A stretch of DNA of 64,000 bases from Trueperaceae bacterium (GCA_965215565.1 CBDCDZ010000004.1:2720001-2784000), one strand, 5' to 3'. Counted from the stretch's first letter, positions 19,252 to 30,712 are shown. Numbers and translations are program-made. The notes: generated by a model not told the origin, from the sequence alone.

Positions 19252-20226
19252 CTAACTGTGCCCCGCCACCGGGCGCGGCGTATAGGGTTCCTCTAAAGAC
19301 CTCAGCTCCTCTTCGCTGAGTGCTGAGCCCACCGCTCCGGCCGCGTCCTCTAGGTGCTTCAGCTTGGTCGCGCCGATGACGGGCGCGCTCACGGCGGGCT
19401 GGTGCAAGAGCCACGCGAGCGCGATCTGTGCCGGGCTCACCCCTTTTTCTTCGGAAAGGTCAACTACGCGGTTGATGATGGCGTCGCTCCCTTCGGGTTC
19501 GTAGAGGCGTCTGGCGATGTCGTCGCTTTCGCCCCTCGAGGTAGCCATCCTCTCCTCGGGTCTGCGCGTCAAATATCCCCTCGCCAGCGGGCTCCACGGG
19601 ATCACGCCGACACCCTCCTCTAAACAGAGGGGGAGCATCTCGCGCTCCTCTTCGCGGTAGAGCAGATTGTAGTGGTTCTGCATCGAGACGAAGCGTGTCA
19701 AGCTTTTTAGCTCCGCTTTGTAAAGCGCTTTTGCGAACTGATACGCGAACATGCTGCTCGCGCCCAAATAGCGCACGTAACCCGCCTTGACCACGTCGTG
19801 GAGCGCCTCTAACGTCTCCTCTACGGGCGTCTCGTAGTCGAAGCGGTGAATCTGGTAGAGGTCGATATAGTCGGTGCCGAGCCTGCGGAGTGAATCCTCC
19901 ACCCCGTCAAAGATGTGCTTGCGCGACAGCCCGCCCCGGTTCGGCGCGTCACTCATCGGCATATAGACTTTCGTCGCGATGACCACCTCATCGCGGCGCG
20001 TAAACTCTTTAAGGAGCTTGCCCGTGACCTCTTCGCTGACGCCCTGCGAATACATATCCGCCGTGTCGAAAAAGTTGATGCCCAGTTCCACAGCGCGCTG
20101 CACAAAGGGGCGGCTCGCCTCTTCGTCCAAAACCCACTCGCGCCACTCGGGGGTGCCGTAGCTCATCATGCCCAAGCAGATGCGCGAGACTTTGAGCCCT
20201 GTGTTGCCTAGATTGGTATAGTCCAT
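19252..20226 (-). CDS. Aldo/keto reductase
   Basis: GLKVSRICLG, FFDTADMY, DYIDLYQIH and WSPLARG. Confidence 0.93.
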   Translation of the reverse strand: MDYTNLGNTGLKVSRICLGMMSYGTPEWREWVLDEEASRPFVQRAVELGINFFDTADMYSQGVSEEVTGKLLKEFTRRDEVVIATKVYMPMSDAPNRGGLSRKHIFDGVEDSLRRLGTDYIDLYQIHRFDYETPVEETLEALHDVVKAGYVRYLGASSMFAYQFAKALYKAELKSLTRFVSMQNHYNLLYREEEREMLPLCLEEGVGVIPWSPLARGYLTRRPEERMATSRGESDDIARRLYEPEGSDAIINRVVDLSEEKGVSPAQIALAWLLHQPAVSAPVIGATKLKHLEDAAGAVGSALSEEELRSLEEPYTPRPVAGHS

Positions 20227-20252
20227 AGGTCACTATGAAGTGGAGGTGCGCG

Positions 20253-20774
20253 GTGCTTGGTCTCGAGCATGACAAAGTCAAACTCAGCCCCTATCAAGAG
20301 GAATGGGCGAAACTATTTGAGGAAGAGAAAAAGCGGTTAGAAGAGGTCATCGGTGAGAACGTTTTAGATATTCAGCACATCGGCAGCACCGCCGTTCCCA
20401 GTCTCAAGGCTAAGCCTATTTTAGACATCGGGGTTGCAGTAGAAAACTTCGAAAAAGCGTTCGCGCTCGTCGCCCCTACCGAATCGCTCGGCTACACCTA
20501 CCGGGGCGAGAACGGCATCCCGCGTCGTCACTACTTTGTGAAAGGTCCACCCGATAAAAGGACGCACCACATTCATATGTTTGAGGAGGTCAACGAGGCG
20601 TGGGCAAAGCATCTACTGTTTCGTGACTACTTACGAACGCACCCGGAGACTGCCGCCGCGTACGGAACGCTCAAAGAAGACCTCGCCAAAAGGTATCCGA
20701 GAGACCGCGAGGCTTATACAGACGACAAGCACGAGTTTATTCAAGAGGTCTTAAACGAGGCCCTGGGTGCCTGA
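20253..20774 (+). CDS. GrpB family nucleotidyltransferase-fold protein
   Basis: HIGSTAVP, KPILDI and LLFRDYLR; GTG start after GGAGG. Confidence 0.85.
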   Translation: MLGLEHDKVKLSPYQEEWAKLFEEEKKRLEEVIGENVLDIQHIGSTAVPSLKAKPILDIGVAVENFEKAFALVAPTESLGYTYRGENGIPRRHYFVKGPPDKRTHHIHMFEEVNEAWAKHLLFRDYLRTHPETAAAYGTLKEDLAKRYPRDREAYTDDKHEFIQEVLNEALGA

Positions 20775-21288
20775 CTTCACCCAACCCAACGCCTTCGCCC
20801 TCTACACCGTCCTCTTCTTGCACTTCGACGGGCGCTTTTTACTGCTCCAACGCTCCCCGAATAAACGTATCGCGCCAGGGCGTTGGACGGGCGTGGGCGG
20901 CAGAGTCGAAGTGGACGAGATGAATGACCTTCGCACCTCCATGCTGCGCGAACTCAAAGAGGAAACAGACCTGACTGAAGACGACCTCTCGCACCTCGCG
21001 CTGCGCCGCGTGCTCTATCACAACCGCGTGAACGAACCTCTTACGGGGCTGCTCTACTACACGGCTGAACTCAAGAGGTATGCGCTACCGAAATGCACCG
21101 AGGGCACGCTGCACTGGAAAGCGCCAGAAGACTTCTCTAAGTTGGACATCATCGAAACGACGGACCAGGTTTTACCTCATCTCGTTGAAGACATGCGGCG
21201 TGACCCGGAAGGTGAAGCGCGCGTGCGCATTGGGGTGACGCACTATCAGGCGGATGGGACGCTCACCTCGCTGAGTTGGAGTGCGTGA
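20767..21288 (+). CDS. NUDIX hydrolase
   Basis: GGRVE...RELKEETDL Nudix box. Confidence 0.85.
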   Translation: MPDFTQPNAFALYTVLFLHFDGRFLLLQRSPNKRIAPGRWTGVGGRVEVDEMNDLRTSMLRELKEETDLTEDDLSHLALRRVLYHNRVNEPLTGLLYYTAELKRYALPKCTEGTLHWKAPEDFSKLDIIETTDQVLPHLVEDMRRDPEGEARVRIGVTHYQADGTLTSLSWSA

Positions 21289-21336
21289 TTTGATAGGGGG
21301 CTCGAGCCTTGGAATCAGTCGAGCCTCACCTCTTCT

Positions 21337-23220
21337 TTACCAATCAATCTCCAGCGTCCCGCGCCGATAGACTGCGCTCTCACGCACCTCACCGTAGTCG
21401 CTCGCTACACCTACACGCTCGGCGATGATCTCGAGCGCGGTAGGCAAGAGGTCCGTGAGGGCGAGCAGCTCGGCGTAGCTCGGCCTTTCGCTGGAGCTTT
21501 CGGTTTCGCTGAGGGCGAGATTCGCCGCGAACGCGAGCGGTTGACTGAAAAGCCCGATGAGGTCAGCTAAGCCCACAAGTTGCTCGCCGTACTCGCTGTA
21601 ACTCAGCGAGATAACCTCTTCGGGGCGGTCCGCAAGCGCACTTTGGAAGCTGCGGTTCGCGAAGATGTTGGCGTCGCCGTTAAAGATGTCAATAAGGTCT
21701 TCCATCGCCTCGGCGGGCGTGCTAACGACGAGGTAGTTGCCTAGAAAAGCCACGCCTATGTCCGTGTTGACGCTCGAGCGGTAGCGCGTGATTTCTACGC
21801 CTTCGTAGGTCACCGTCTCGGTAGCCACGTCGAAAAAAAGCTGCGAGGAAAACTCGTCTATGTCCATGTTGTCAGACGCCTCGAGCGCGAACGCCAACAC
21901 CTCACCGAGTTCCGCGAAGCCTGCCTCCGCCGCCTCGCGGCTCGTGATGGGTACGTAGAGAGCATTCGCTTGACCGTAGAAAAGCGTGCCTAAGTCGGGG
22001 CTGAAAGGCTCCAGCGTCAGCGTGTAGACTTCGCTGCCGAGCCAGTTGAAAAGGGCGGTGTCTAAGTCGAAGCCGAGTTCTTCGCGCAGAATCGCTTTGA
22101 TGTCCAAGGACTCGCCGGCGAGAGGTTCTAAGTCATTCAAAATACCTTGAAGGTAGTTGAAAATCGGCTCTAGCGCCACGTACTGCGCGTTCACCGCCAC
22201 GCTCGTTTCGGGTGCCAAGAAGGGCGAGGAGACCGCATAGGTATCGCAGAGTAGCAGCTCGGCGAGTTCGGCGTCGCCGCCTTCGGCGTTGACGAGGGCG
22301 AGCGATTCCGCCTCGAGCCCCTCCGAGGTTGCCTGAATTGACCCCGCGTACCCCTCTAAGGTGCGCAAAATCGCCAGACCGCGCTCGAACGCCACCTCCA
22401 TCTCGGGACCGTCCACGAACAAGCCGCCGAAGTTCTCGGCGATCTGCGCGAGCCCCGCTAAGTTGAGGCTCAAACTCACGCCGTCCACCTCTAAAACCTC
22501 GCTCGCCTCGCTGTAGAGCCTGCCCTGTGCGAAGTTCGCCTCGCTGTTACCTTGCGCGCGGCGCACCACGCCGCGCACCACTTCGGGGTTGCTGCCTGCG
22601 AAAAAGAGGTTATCTAAACGTCCGATGATGACCGGGAAGTCGCCACCGTCGCCGATGACGTAGAGCGGCACGCCGCCCTGCTCGAGCCGCACCACCTCGG
22701 TCTCGCGCTCCGCGCAGGTGACGACGATCTCTTGTATCTCAGCGAAGAGGTCTGCCACCTCTTCGTCTTGGGTTCTCATAAGCGCGGTCGCGGCGGGTAC
22801 GGGGTTGAAGGGACTGACGCTGACGCTCAGGAGCGCGTCCGAAGCAAATTCCACCTCCTCGCTGAAGCGCTCCTCTAGCAGTTCAGGGCAAACCTCCCCC
22901 AGCAGCGCCTGCCCTTCCTCTTGAAAGTCCGCGCCACCTGAAAGCTCGCTAAGGATATCGCTCAGGTCCGCGAAATCGCCGGAGAGGTCGCTGTCCTCCA
23001 AATATGTCGCAAGTTGCTGTAAGGTCTCGCCCGCTTGCTCCCACTCGAGCGCAGCCAAGTCCTCTCGCAAGGCGTTCTGCTGCGCGTCGGACCCTGAGCC
23101 CGAAACCTTGTAGCCGAGCGTCAGCACCGTCTCGGCGGGGGCGAGTTCAGCGAGAGGTTGGGCGAAGGTATAAGGAAGTGCAAGCGTGAGAAAAGCGCAG
23201 GTCAGCAAGAATCGCGTCAT
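21337..23220 (-). CDS. Exported acidic hypothetical protein (possibly DUF3352-like)
   Basis: 627-aa ORF with signal peptide and GGAG SD. Confidence 0.6.
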   Translation of the reverse strand: MTRFLLTCAFLTLALPYTFAQPLAELAPAETVLTLGYKVSGSGSDAQQNALREDLAALEWEQAGETLQQLATYLEDSDLSGDFADLSDILSELSGGADFQEEGQALLGEVCPELLEERFSEEVEFASDALLSVSVSPFNPVPAATALMRTQDEEVADLFAEIQEIVVTCAERETEVVRLEQGGVPLYVIGDGGDFPVIIGRLDNLFFAGSNPEVVRGVVRRAQGNSEANFAQGRLYSEASEVLEVDGVSLSLNLAGLAQIAENFGGLFVDGPEMEVAFERGLAILRTLEGYAGSIQATSEGLEAESLALVNAEGGDAELAELLLCDTYAVSSPFLAPETSVAVNAQYVALEPIFNYLQGILNDLEPLAGESLDIKAILREELGFDLDTALFNWLGSEVYTLTLEPFSPDLGTLFYGQANALYVPITSREAAEAGFAELGEVLAFALEASDNMDIDEFSSQLFFDVATETVTYEGVEITRYRSSVNTDIGVAFLGNYLVVSTPAEAMEDLIDIFNGDANIFANRSFQSALADRPEEVISLSYSEYGEQLVGLADLIGLFSQPLAFAANLALSETESSSERPSYAELLALTDLLPTALEIIAERVGVASDYGEVRESAVYRRGTLEIDW

Positions 23221-23308
23221 AGTTGGGGTCTCCTAGAGGTTACTAAGTCGCCCTACGCTAACACGACTTTGAGAGTAACTAGCGTGAAGTTTTCGGGGCG
23301 TTGAGCCG

Positions 23309-23677
23309 TTAGGACGGCGCGCCTTCCTCCACTCGGCGCGGCTCCACGCCTTCGGGTGTGACGATCCACGCCACGCCCGGCACGTTTGTGGAGGTGAAGC
23401 GGAGCGTATAAGAGTCTTCAGTTGTCGGCTCCGCGAGCACCCAGCGCACGCCCTGGGGCACGTCTAAGTTGATCAGCACATTCGCGGTGTAGACGCCCTC
23501 TTCGAGTTTCACCAGCTCCATGCGGTGAAAGGCGGCGGTGGCGACGCGCTCGACCTCTTGGGCGGCGGGGCTCTCGAGGGTCAGCCCCGTTTCCGGGTTC
23601 GTCGTCGCCTCTTGCGTGCTCGGCGCACAAGCCGCGAGGAGAAGTAAAGAAGCTGAAAGTATAAGAAGTCTATTCAT
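23309..23677 (-). CDS. Lipoprotein of unknown function
   Basis: LAAC lipobox. Confidence 0.7.
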   Translation of the reverse strand: MNRLLILSASLLLLAACAPSTQEATTNPETGLTLESPAAQEVERVATAAFHRMELVKLEEGVYTANVLINLDVPQGVRWVLAEPTTEDSYTLRFTSTNVPGVAWIVTPEGVEPRRVEEGAPS

Positions 23678-23705
23678 AGCTCAATCATAGCGGGTTTTAA
23701 TGAAA

Positions 23706-23735
23706 AATAAGCAATGAGAAACGAGCAATGAGCAA
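23706..23735. repeat. Tandem heptamers (ATAAGCA ATGAGAA ACGAGCA ATGAGCA)
   Basis: Same heptamer type as 6974-7050. Confidence 0.55.
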
Positions 23736-23753
23736 AAACCAAAGTCTTTCTAC

Positions 23754-24401
23754 TCATTGCTGCATCGGCGCAAGCCCCAGCCGCACGATATACCTCTGCG
23801 CGCCGCGCTTCTGCTGGTAGCGCTTTAAGAGGTCGAACATCTCGCGCTGCAACGCTTTGGCGTCCTCAAAGTCGAGGTACACGGCGTCGCGCCAAGCGGA
23901 GAGGACGGCGGGGTCGTCGGAGGCTAGCGTTGTGTGATTTTGCTCGGGCGTGAGCGCCATCTGCACCTGCAAGCGTCCCCTCGCGTCCCGGTAGATGCGC
24001 GTGCCGTACGTCTCCACCCTTTCCAGCCGCGCGCGCACCACATTACGCCGCAAGAGGTCTTGCCAGTAGGCGTCGCGCTCCGCCAAAGCCGCCTCCAAAG
24101 ACTCCGCCGACGTCGCCTCGAAGGGGACGAAAAAGCCATCCGCTTTACTTCTATAAACTTTAACCGCGCGCCCCTGGCGCGGCTCTTCGCGCACAACCTC
24201 GACGAGACCGAGCCTCAGAAAGCGCCGAACCCGCGATAAGACCGTGTTCGGCTTCTCGCCCGTCTCGCGCGCCACCTCTTTAACGGTGACGTCGCGAGCC
24301 AAAAACGGCTCCAACTGTCGCAACGTGTGAGGGTTGGTCAGAACGGCGGCGGCTTCGGGGTTGTGAACGCTCAAGATGCTGGGTGATTTTTGCTCTTCCA
24401 T
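23754..24401 (-). CDS. Winged-HTH (ArsR-like) regulator
   Basis: TVKEVARETG...GLVEV...GRAVKVYRS. Confidence 0.7.
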   Translation of the reverse strand: MEEQKSPSILSVHNPEAAAVLTNPHTLRQLEPFLARDVTVKEVARETGEKPNTVLSRVRRFLRLGLVEVVREEPRQGRAVKVYRSKADGFFVPFEATSAESLEAALAERDAYWQDLLRRNVVRARLERVETYGTRIYRDARGRLQVQMALTPEQNHTTLASDDPAVLSAWRDAVYLDFEDAKALQREMFDLLKRYQQKRGAQRYIVRLGLAPMQQ

Positions 24402-24442
24402 ATCATCTAGCTTACATCCAAAATAAGATACGGAGGCGAGAG

Positions 24443-25144
24443 GTGAATCTCACTGAGGAGAAAATCAAACAGCAGATCGAATACTACCGCGCTAGGGCGT
24501 CCGAATACGATGAGTGGTTCCTGCGGCGAGGGCGTTACGACAGGGGCGAAGTGCATAAAACGCAGTGGTTTGAAGAGGTGGCGCAACTCCAAAAGGTGTT
24601 AGAGGAATTTAAGCCTAAGGGCGACGTGCTCGAGCTTGCGTGCGGTACGGGTTGGTGGACGCAACATTTAGCCCCTTACGCCGAGACGCTCACGGCGGTG
24701 GATGCGTCCGAAGAGGTGTTAGCGCTAAACCGTCAGCGCGTCCAGTCCGACAGGGCGGAGTACGTCCAAGCTGACCTCTTCACCTGGCTAGGGCAAGCTG
24801 AGGGGAGGTTCGACACGGTTTTCTTCAGTTTTTGGCTCTCGCACGTGCCGCCTGAACGCTTCGACCTCTTCTGGGATTCTCTACATAACTGGCTGAATCC
24901 CGGCGGGCGCATCTTTCTGATTGATTCGCTCTACGAAGCCCAGAGTACGGCTAAAGACCAGTCTTTGAGAGGTAGGGATGATGAGGTTGTCACGCGCCGC
25001 CTTAATAATGGGCAGACCTTTGACATCGTCAAGGTGTTTTATCAGCCTGAGGAGTTGGAGGGGAGGCTCGAGTCCTTGGGCTGGAGCGCGGACGTTTCGC
25101 GAACTACGCAGTTTTTTCTTTATGCCACCGCAGAGCCCAAATGA
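24443..25144 (+). CDS. Class I SAM-dependent methyltransferase
   Basis: VLELACGTG and FDTVFFSFWLSHVP; GTG after GGAGG. Confidence 0.85.
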   Translation: MNLTEEKIKQQIEYYRARASEYDEWFLRRGRYDRGEVHKTQWFEEVAQLQKVLEEFKPKGDVLELACGTGWWTQHLAPYAETLTAVDASEEVLALNRQRVQSDRAEYVQADLFTWLGQAEGRFDTVFFSFWLSHVPPERFDLFWDSLHNWLNPGGRIFLIDSLYEAQSTAKDQSLRGRDDEVVTRRLNNGQTFDIVKVFYQPEELEGRLESLGWSADVSRTTQFFLYATAEPK

Positions 25145-25551
25145 TAAACGCTAAATCTATCAGAGAAAAACTCTCAGCTTCCAACTTGCACGCTGCTCGT
25201 CTGGCTATACAAGCGCTCGATGATGGCGGTCAAATTGAAACAGTAGAGAGCGAAATAGATTGTGAATCGCTCCTACGAACCTATCGTATTCGCCTAGAAC
25301 ATCTAAAGCAGTTTGACTCACCTCACGCTCGAGACCTTAGTAAAACCACAGCAGAATTTGTCGCTAACTTAGAATCTTATCAAGGAAGCAAAGTCCATTC
25401 TGCTACCATTCAAGGCAACAGAGCGCGAGAATATTTGCTTTTTCTAACTCAAGACCTCAGTGTTATTGGCTGCATACAGACAGTATCCAAGCTCAAGTTG
25501 AGCGAAGATGAATGGCTCGAGTTGTGGGGGTTGAACCCGGAAGAAGCGTAA
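25141..25551 (+). CDS. Hypothetical protein (AT-richer than neighbours)
   Basis: ATGA overlap with the upstream stop codon. Confidence 0.55.
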   Translation: MINAKSIREKLSASNLHAARLAIQALDDGGQIETVESEIDCESLLRTYRIRLEHLKQFDSPHARDLSKTTAEFVANLESYQGSKVHSATIQGNRAREYLLFLTQDLSVIGCIQTVSKLKLSEDEWLELWGLNPEEA

Positions 25552-25690
25552 AACCTGTGTAAAGTGAAGAACTTCACCACCAAGTCAAGTGTCAAAGTCG
25601 CGGTAAGATGGATAAAACTAAGACAGGTAAACACCGCAAATCCCAGTTCTCTACCTCATCAAACTGACTCAAGAAGCAAGGAGTTTCTAC

Positions 25691-28426
25691 ATGGCTGACC
25701 TCAAACCCAAAAACTCATTCGACACGAGAGAAACCTTTGACACCGGCTCGGGCGAAGCGTACCTCTACCGCCTCTCCAAACTCAAAGAGGACGGGCACGG
25801 CGACGTGGACAAGCTGCCCTTTTCGATCAAGGTGCTCCTAGAGTCGCTGCTGCGCAACGAAAACGGCTACGACGTGACCGAGGAGCACATCAAGGGTCTG
25901 GCTGCCTACAACGCGAAAGACCCCGCGAAAGAGGAGATTCCCTTTAAGCCCGCGCGCGTTATCTTGCAGGACTTCACGGGCGTGCCTGCTGTTGTTGACT
26001 TAGCCGCGCTCCGCAGCGCGATGGACCGCTTGGGCGGTGACCCCAAGCTCATCAACCCGCAGATTCCGGTGGACTTAGTCATCGACCACTCGGTTCAGGT
26101 AGACGAGTACGACTCGCCGCTTGCGCTCGCCACGAACGCCACCATCGAGTTCGAGCGCAACCGCGAGCGCTACGAGTTCTTGCGTTGGGGACAAGCCGCG
26201 TTCGAGAACTTTGGCGTGGTGCCGCCCGCCTCGGGCATCGTCCACCAGGTCAATTTGGAGTACATTGCGAAGGGTGTACAGAGCGCACCCCTAGAGGGTA
26301 AAGAGGTCGTCTACCCCGACTCCTTGGTCGGCACGGACTCGCACACCACCATGATCAACGGGCTCGGCGTGGTCGGTTGGGGCGTCGGCGGCATCGAGGC
26401 GGAAGCGGTCATGCTGGGTCAGCCCATCTATATGCTCACGCCCGAAGTCGTCGGCTTCAAGGTCACGGGTAAGCTGCCCGAAGGCTCCACCGCGACGGAC
26501 TTGGCTCTAGTCGTCACGCAGATGCTCCGCCAAAAAGGAGTGGTGGGCAAATTCGTCGAGTTCTACGGCTCCGGGCTCTCCTCCATGACACTGCCAGACC
26601 GCGCCACGATTGCGAACATGGCTCCCGAGTACGGCGCGACGATGGGCTTTTTCCCGGTGGACGAGGAGACCCTGCGCTACCTCCGTCAGACCGGACGCTT
26701 GGACGACGAGGTCGAAGCGGTGGAGCGTTACAGCAAGGCGCAAGGGCTCTTCCGCACCGACGACACGCCCGACCCGGAGTTTTTGAACACTTTAGCGCTT
26801 GACCTCTCCACCGTCCAGCCTTCGTTAGCCGGGCCGAAACGCCCCCAAGACCGCATCCTGCTTTCAGATATGAAAAAGACCTTCCAAGAGGACCTGCGCA
26901 AACCTGCTGTAGAGCGCGGTTTCAACCTCTCGGAAGAGGCATTGGAGAACACTGGCACGCTCACTATGAAAGACCAAGAGGTCACGCTCCGTCACGGCGA
27001 CGTGGTCATCGCCGCCATCACAAGCTGCACGAACACCTCGAACCCGTCTGTGATGCTCGCGGCGGGCTTAGTGGCGAAAAAGGCGGCGGAGGCGGGCTTG
27101 AAGGTCAAGCCTTATGTCAAAACCTCGCTCGCGCCCGGCTCGAAAGTAGTGACGGAATACTTGAACGACACCGGGCTCATGCCGCACTTGGAGCAGATGG
27201 GCTTCTACTTGGTCGGCTACGGCTGCACCACCTGTATCGGCAACTCGGGACCGCTGCCTGAGCCTGTCGTGGAAGCCATCCAAGAGGGCGACTTGGTCGC
27301 GGCGAGCGTGCTCTCGGGCAACCGCAATTTCGAGGGACGTATCAACCCGCACGTCAAAGCCAACTACCTCGCCTCGCCCCCTCTTGTGGTGGCGTATGCG
27401 ATTGCAGGGACGGTGGATATCGACCTCTCTACCGAACCACTCGGTCGAGGTAAGGATGGTCAAGATGTCTACCTAGCCGACATCTGGCCCTCCTACGCCG
27501 ACATCACCGAAGGCATGAACGCCGCGATGAAGCCCGAGACCTTCAAGAAGATGTACGACGGCATCGAGCAGTCGAACGAGGCGTGGAACGAGATTCCGGT
27601 CAAGGGCGGCGAGCTGTTCCAGTGGGAAGAAGAGAGCACCTACATTCAAGAGCCCCCCTTCTTCGTCGGCATGAGCCCGGAGCCCGAGCCTATCCAACCG
27701 ATCGAGGACGCCCGCGTGCTCGTCAAGGTGGGCGATTCGGTCACGACGGACCACATCTCGCCAGCGGGCGCGATCGCGAAAGATTCACCGGCGGGCGAAT
27801 ACCTGATGTCCAAAGACGTCGCGCCCAAAGACTTCAACTCTTACGGCTCTCGGCGCGGCAACGACCGCGTGATGACGCGCGGCACCTTTGCGAATATTCG
27901 CCTCAAGAACCAGATGGCTCCCGGTACGGAGGGCGGCTACACGACACACCTGCCAACGGATGAGGTCATGAGCATCTATGAGGCGTCCTTGCGCTACGGC
28001 GGCGCGGAAACGCCCACCATCGTGCTCGCAGGGAACGACTACGGGATGGGCTCATCGCGCGACTGGGCCGCGAAAGGCACCTTCCTCTTGGGCGCGAAAG
28101 CCGTCATCGCTGAGTCTTACGAGCGTATCCACCGCAGCAACCTCATTGGCATGGGCGTGTTGCCGCTTCAGTTCGCAGACGGGGAGAACGCTGAGTCGCT
28201 AGGGCTCACGGGCAAGGAGCACTTCACCATCCATATCGACGATGACCTCAAACCGAGTCAAGAGGTTGTAGTGGACGTGGTGAAAGAGGACGGCGGCGAG
28301 GTGCAATTCACCGCGCTGTGCCGCCTGGACACACCCGTTGAAGTGGACTACTACCGCAACGGCGGGATTTTGCAGACCGTCTTACGTTCGATTTTGCAGA
28401 GTGCGGAGGAAACGGCGAAGGCGTAA
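25691..28426 (+). CDS. acnA: Aconitate hydratase AcnA
   Basis: [29 protein letters not shown] and [10 protein letters not shown]. Confidence 0.97.
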   Translation: MADLKPKNSFDTRETFDTGSGEAYLYRLSKLKEDGHGDVDKLPFSIKVLLESLLRNENGYDVTEEHIKGLAAYNAKDPAKEEIPFKPARVILQDFTGVPAVVDLAALRSAMDRLGGDPKLINPQIPVDLVIDHSVQVDEYDSPLALATNATIEFERNRERYEFLRWGQAAFENFGVVPPASGIVHQVNLEYIAKGVQSAPLEGKEVVYPDSLVGTDSHTTMINGLGVVGWGVGGIEAEAVMLGQPIYMLTPEVVGFKVTGKLPEGSTATDLALVVTQMLRQKGVVGKFVEFYGSGLSSMTLPDRATIANMAPEYGATMGFFPVDEETLRYLRQTGRLDDEVEAVERYSKAQGLFRTDDTPDPEFLNTLALDLSTVQPSLAGPKRPQDRILLSDMKKTFQEDLRKPAVERGFNLSEEALENTGTLTMKDQEVTLRHGDVVIAAITSCTNTSNPSVMLAAGLVAKKAAEAGLKVKPYVKTSLAPGSKVVTEYLNDTGLMPHLEQMGFYLVGYGCTTCIGNSGPLPEPVVEAIQEGDLVAASVLSGNRNFEGRINPHVKANYLASPPLVVAYAIAGTVDIDLSTEPLGRGKDGQDVYLADIWPSYADITEGMNAAMKPETFKKMYDGIEQSNEAWNEIPVKGGELFQWEEESTYIQEPPFFVGMSPEPEPIQPIEDARVLVKVGDSVTTDHISPAGAIAKDSPAGEYLMSKDVAPKDFNSYGSRRGNDRVMTRGTFANIRLKNQMAPGTEGGYTTHLPTDEVMSIYEASLRYGGAETPTIVLAGNDYGMGSSRDWAAKGTFLLGAKAVIAESYERIHRSNLIGMGVLPLQFADGENAESLGLTGKEHFTIHIDDDLKPSQEVVVDVVKEDGGEVQFTALCRLDTPVEVDYYRNGGILQTVLRSILQSAEETAKA

Positions 28427-28520
28427 CAGCAGGTATCATCTGGTCACAGAAGCTCCCCATCTATGAGGCGGTGCTCAACATGTAACTGCAAGAGATGATA
28501 TCTGCGGGGCTCAATCTCAG
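28427..28520 (+). mobile_element. TAGC-family repeat immediately after the acnA stop
   Basis: GCAGGTATCATCT...AGATGATATCTGC stem. Confidence 0.7.
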
Positions 28521-28548
28521 GAGGGGCGATTCACGAGTCGCCCCTCCT
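28519..28548. repeat. REP-like palindrome AGGAGGGGCGATTCACGAGTCGCCCCTCCT
   Basis: Related palindrome at 38203-38224. Confidence 0.6.
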
Positions 28549-28646
28549 GCTTGTTTGTGAAAATTTCGCGGCGAGAGGCTGTGTGGGTCTTTCATACTTG
28601 AGAGAGGTACGTTTTTGTACCTAAATCTCGAGCTTAGGAACCTACT

Positions 28647-29225
28647 ATGATAAGACCTCTTGTTGCCGCGTCCGCTTTTCTTCTCCTGCTTGCCTCTTGC
28701 GCTCCGTCGGTAAGTTCTTCTAATTACGCAGAACAAATTTCTGAAAACCACTATCGTTACATTTCTACGCTCGGCATAAAAGAACCTAAACGGAATGTCG
28801 TGCCTGTGCGCGCAGGTACGACGCTTCTCTTCGAAGACGCATTCGCAATTAGAGGTATTATTCTTGCTAAAGCGCCCGTAAGGAATAAGAGGAGCGATAC
28901 TCTTATCCACAACACAACAAACGAGTACGAACAAAAACGGACGAAAGCACCTAGAGGGTGGGGAGCGCAGCTCAAAGACTCCCGGACGGTAGTTGATTTC
29001 AATTCAACTGTGAAAGCACCATCTGGTTGGCTTGAAGGACCTTATGAGGTATATATGGGTGGCGGTTCTAAAATAGAGAAAAACGGCACAATCATTTATA
29101 GCCATATCATCGAAGTTTCTGTACCAAAAGAGGCGCAGCCTGGACGGTATCCAGTTGAGGTTAGGTACCGTGGAAAAGGTAACAGAGAAGATAGGTCCAC
29201 TAACTTCATCGTCGAAGTCCTCTAA
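28647..29225 (+). CDS. Hypothetical lipoprotein (AT-richer)
   Basis: LASC lipobox; 192-aa ORF. Confidence 0.6.
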   Translation: MIRPLVAASAFLLLLASCAPSVSSSNYAEQISENHYRYISTLGIKEPKRNVVPVRAGTTLLFEDAFAIRGIILAKAPVRNKRSDTLIHNTTNEYEQKRTKAPRGWGAQLKDSRTVVDFNSTVKAPSGWLEGPYEVYMGGGSKIEKNGTIIYSHIIEVSVPKEAQPGRYPVEVRYRGKGNREDRSTNFIVEVL

Positions 29226-29226
29226 T

Positions 29227-29682
29227 TCACTCCCGGTGATACGGATGCCCTGCGCGAATCGTCTCCAAACGGTAAAGTTGCTCTAACAAAATAAGCCTCG
29301 AGAGTTCGTGCGGCAGCGTCAGCTTGGATAAACTCCACGACTCGTTCACGGCTCCTTTAACCTCACCACTCAGCCCTTCCGCCCCGCCGATGAGCAAACT
29401 AATTTGACCAACCGATTGATTTTCCAAGGTTGTAATGCGCTCGGCAAGCTCGGTCGAGCGCCTTTCTTTGCCGCGCTCGTCCAGGGCGATGAGGTAGCCG
29501 CTCGAGGTTCTAAGCAGCGCCTCACCCTCTTGCGCCACCACCTCTTCGGCGCGTCCCTTACCCTCTTTGAGTTCCACCACGTCGACTTTGGCGTACTTCT
29601 CCAACCGCCCCAAAAAGTGCCGACACCCCTCACGGACGAAGCCGCGTTTGAGGTGTCCGATGGTGACGAGTTGGTATTTCAT
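29227..29682 (-). CDS. rlmH: 23S rRNA (pseudouridine1915-N3)-methyltransferase
   Basis: IGGAEG, LTLPHEL, LLEQLYR and HPYHRE. Confidence 0.93.
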   Translation of the reverse strand: MKYQLVTIGHLKRGFVREGCRHFLGRLEKYAKVDVVELKEGKGRAEEVVAQEGEALLRTSSGYLIALDERGKERRSTELAERITTLENQSVGQISLLIGGAEGLSGEVKGAVNESWSLSKLTLPHELSRLILLEQLYRLETIRAGHPYHRE

Positions 29683-29683
29683 A

Positions 29684-29812
29684 CAGCAGGTATACCCGCT
29701 CCGCAGGGCACTTTCATCTGGTCAGAAACACTCTCACCACAAAGAACACCGACTGGCACGCACATTTTAGGATAATATTTGCGCTCAAATGTTCTAAGTG
29801 GAGTTGCCGATA
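29684..29812 (+). mobile_element. TAGC-family repeat with a 21-nt insert, abutting the rlmH start
   Basis: CAGCAGGTAT[21 nt]CATCTGGTCAGAAACACTCTCAC...GCACGCACATT. Confidence 0.65.
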
Positions 29813-29827
29813 GATTAACGAGCAAAT

Positions 29828-30712
29828 TCAAGTGGGCGTCGGCTCCTTCTCTGCTTCTTGCTCCTTACTTCCCACCTCTAACTTCTCCAGCAACTCCCGC
29901 CGCCGCGACTTGCGCATGTCGCTCGCCGCCAACACCTCGTCTAACTTGTCCCTGTCTAGCGCCCCCTGCAAAAGGGCTAACTCACCTCTCGAGAAACTCC
30001 GTCCATATAAGATGTGCTCTTCGAACGCTTCATAGGCTAGGGGCGCAACCGCCTTCACCATCTCCGCCATCACCTCGCCGTAGACGCGAATCTCATACTG
30101 GGCGTGGCTGTCTAGGCGCAGCCGCAAAAAATGGAAGAGGTTGTTGAGGTCGATTTGCCAGTACATCTCGGTGTAGAGGCTTAAAGGTAGGTTGATGCGG
30201 GCGAGTTCGCGGGCTACATCGTCATCCAAGAGGTCTTGGTAGTGGCTGTAGGCGTTTCTCTGATCATTTTGAAGCGTGCGAACGACTCGTGACTGGAGTT
30301 CCGCCGGGACTTCGTCCGCTGAGCCCTGCTTGTTCGCCCTACTCTGCGCCTGCACGCGCCCCGGCTCCGGCGCGTAGAACTCGTCTTTCATGACGCTGTA
30401 GCGCCCGCTGATTTCATTTAGACGCGCCGTGCGGTGGCGAATCCACTGCCGCGCGACGAAGATGGGCATTTTGAGGTGAAAGGTCAAGATGACCTGCTCG
30501 AAGGGGGAGGTGTGCTTGTGGCGCAAGAGGTAGTCGATCAAAGTAGCGTCTTCGCGCACGGTTTTGGTGCCTTCGCCGTAGGAGACCCGCGCCGCCTGTA
30601 CGATGCGCGCGTCGCCGCCCAAATAATCGACTAAGCGCACGAAGCCCTTGTCGAGCACGCGGTACTCCTGGTCTAAAATTGCGTCGGCGGTGTCTACGCG
30701 GAGGTGAGCCAT
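29828..30712 (-). CDS. thyX: FAD-dependent thymidylate synthase
   Basis: HTSPFE and RQWIRHR...NEISGRY ThyX motif; HAQYEIR. Confidence 0.96.
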   Translation of the reverse strand: MAHLRVDTADAILDQEYRVLDKGFVRLVDYLGGDARIVQAARVSYGEGTKTVREDATLIDYLLRHKHTSPFEQVILTFHLKMPIFVARQWIRHRTARLNEISGRYSVMKDEFYAPEPGRVQAQSRANKQGSADEVPAELQSRVVRTLQNDQRNAYSHYQDLLDDDVARELARINLPLSLYTEMYWQIDLNNLFHFLRLRLDSHAQYEIRVYGEVMAEMVKAVAPLAYEAFEEHILYGRSFSRGELALLQGALDRDKLDEVLAASDMRKSRRRELLEKLEVGSKEQEAEKEPTPT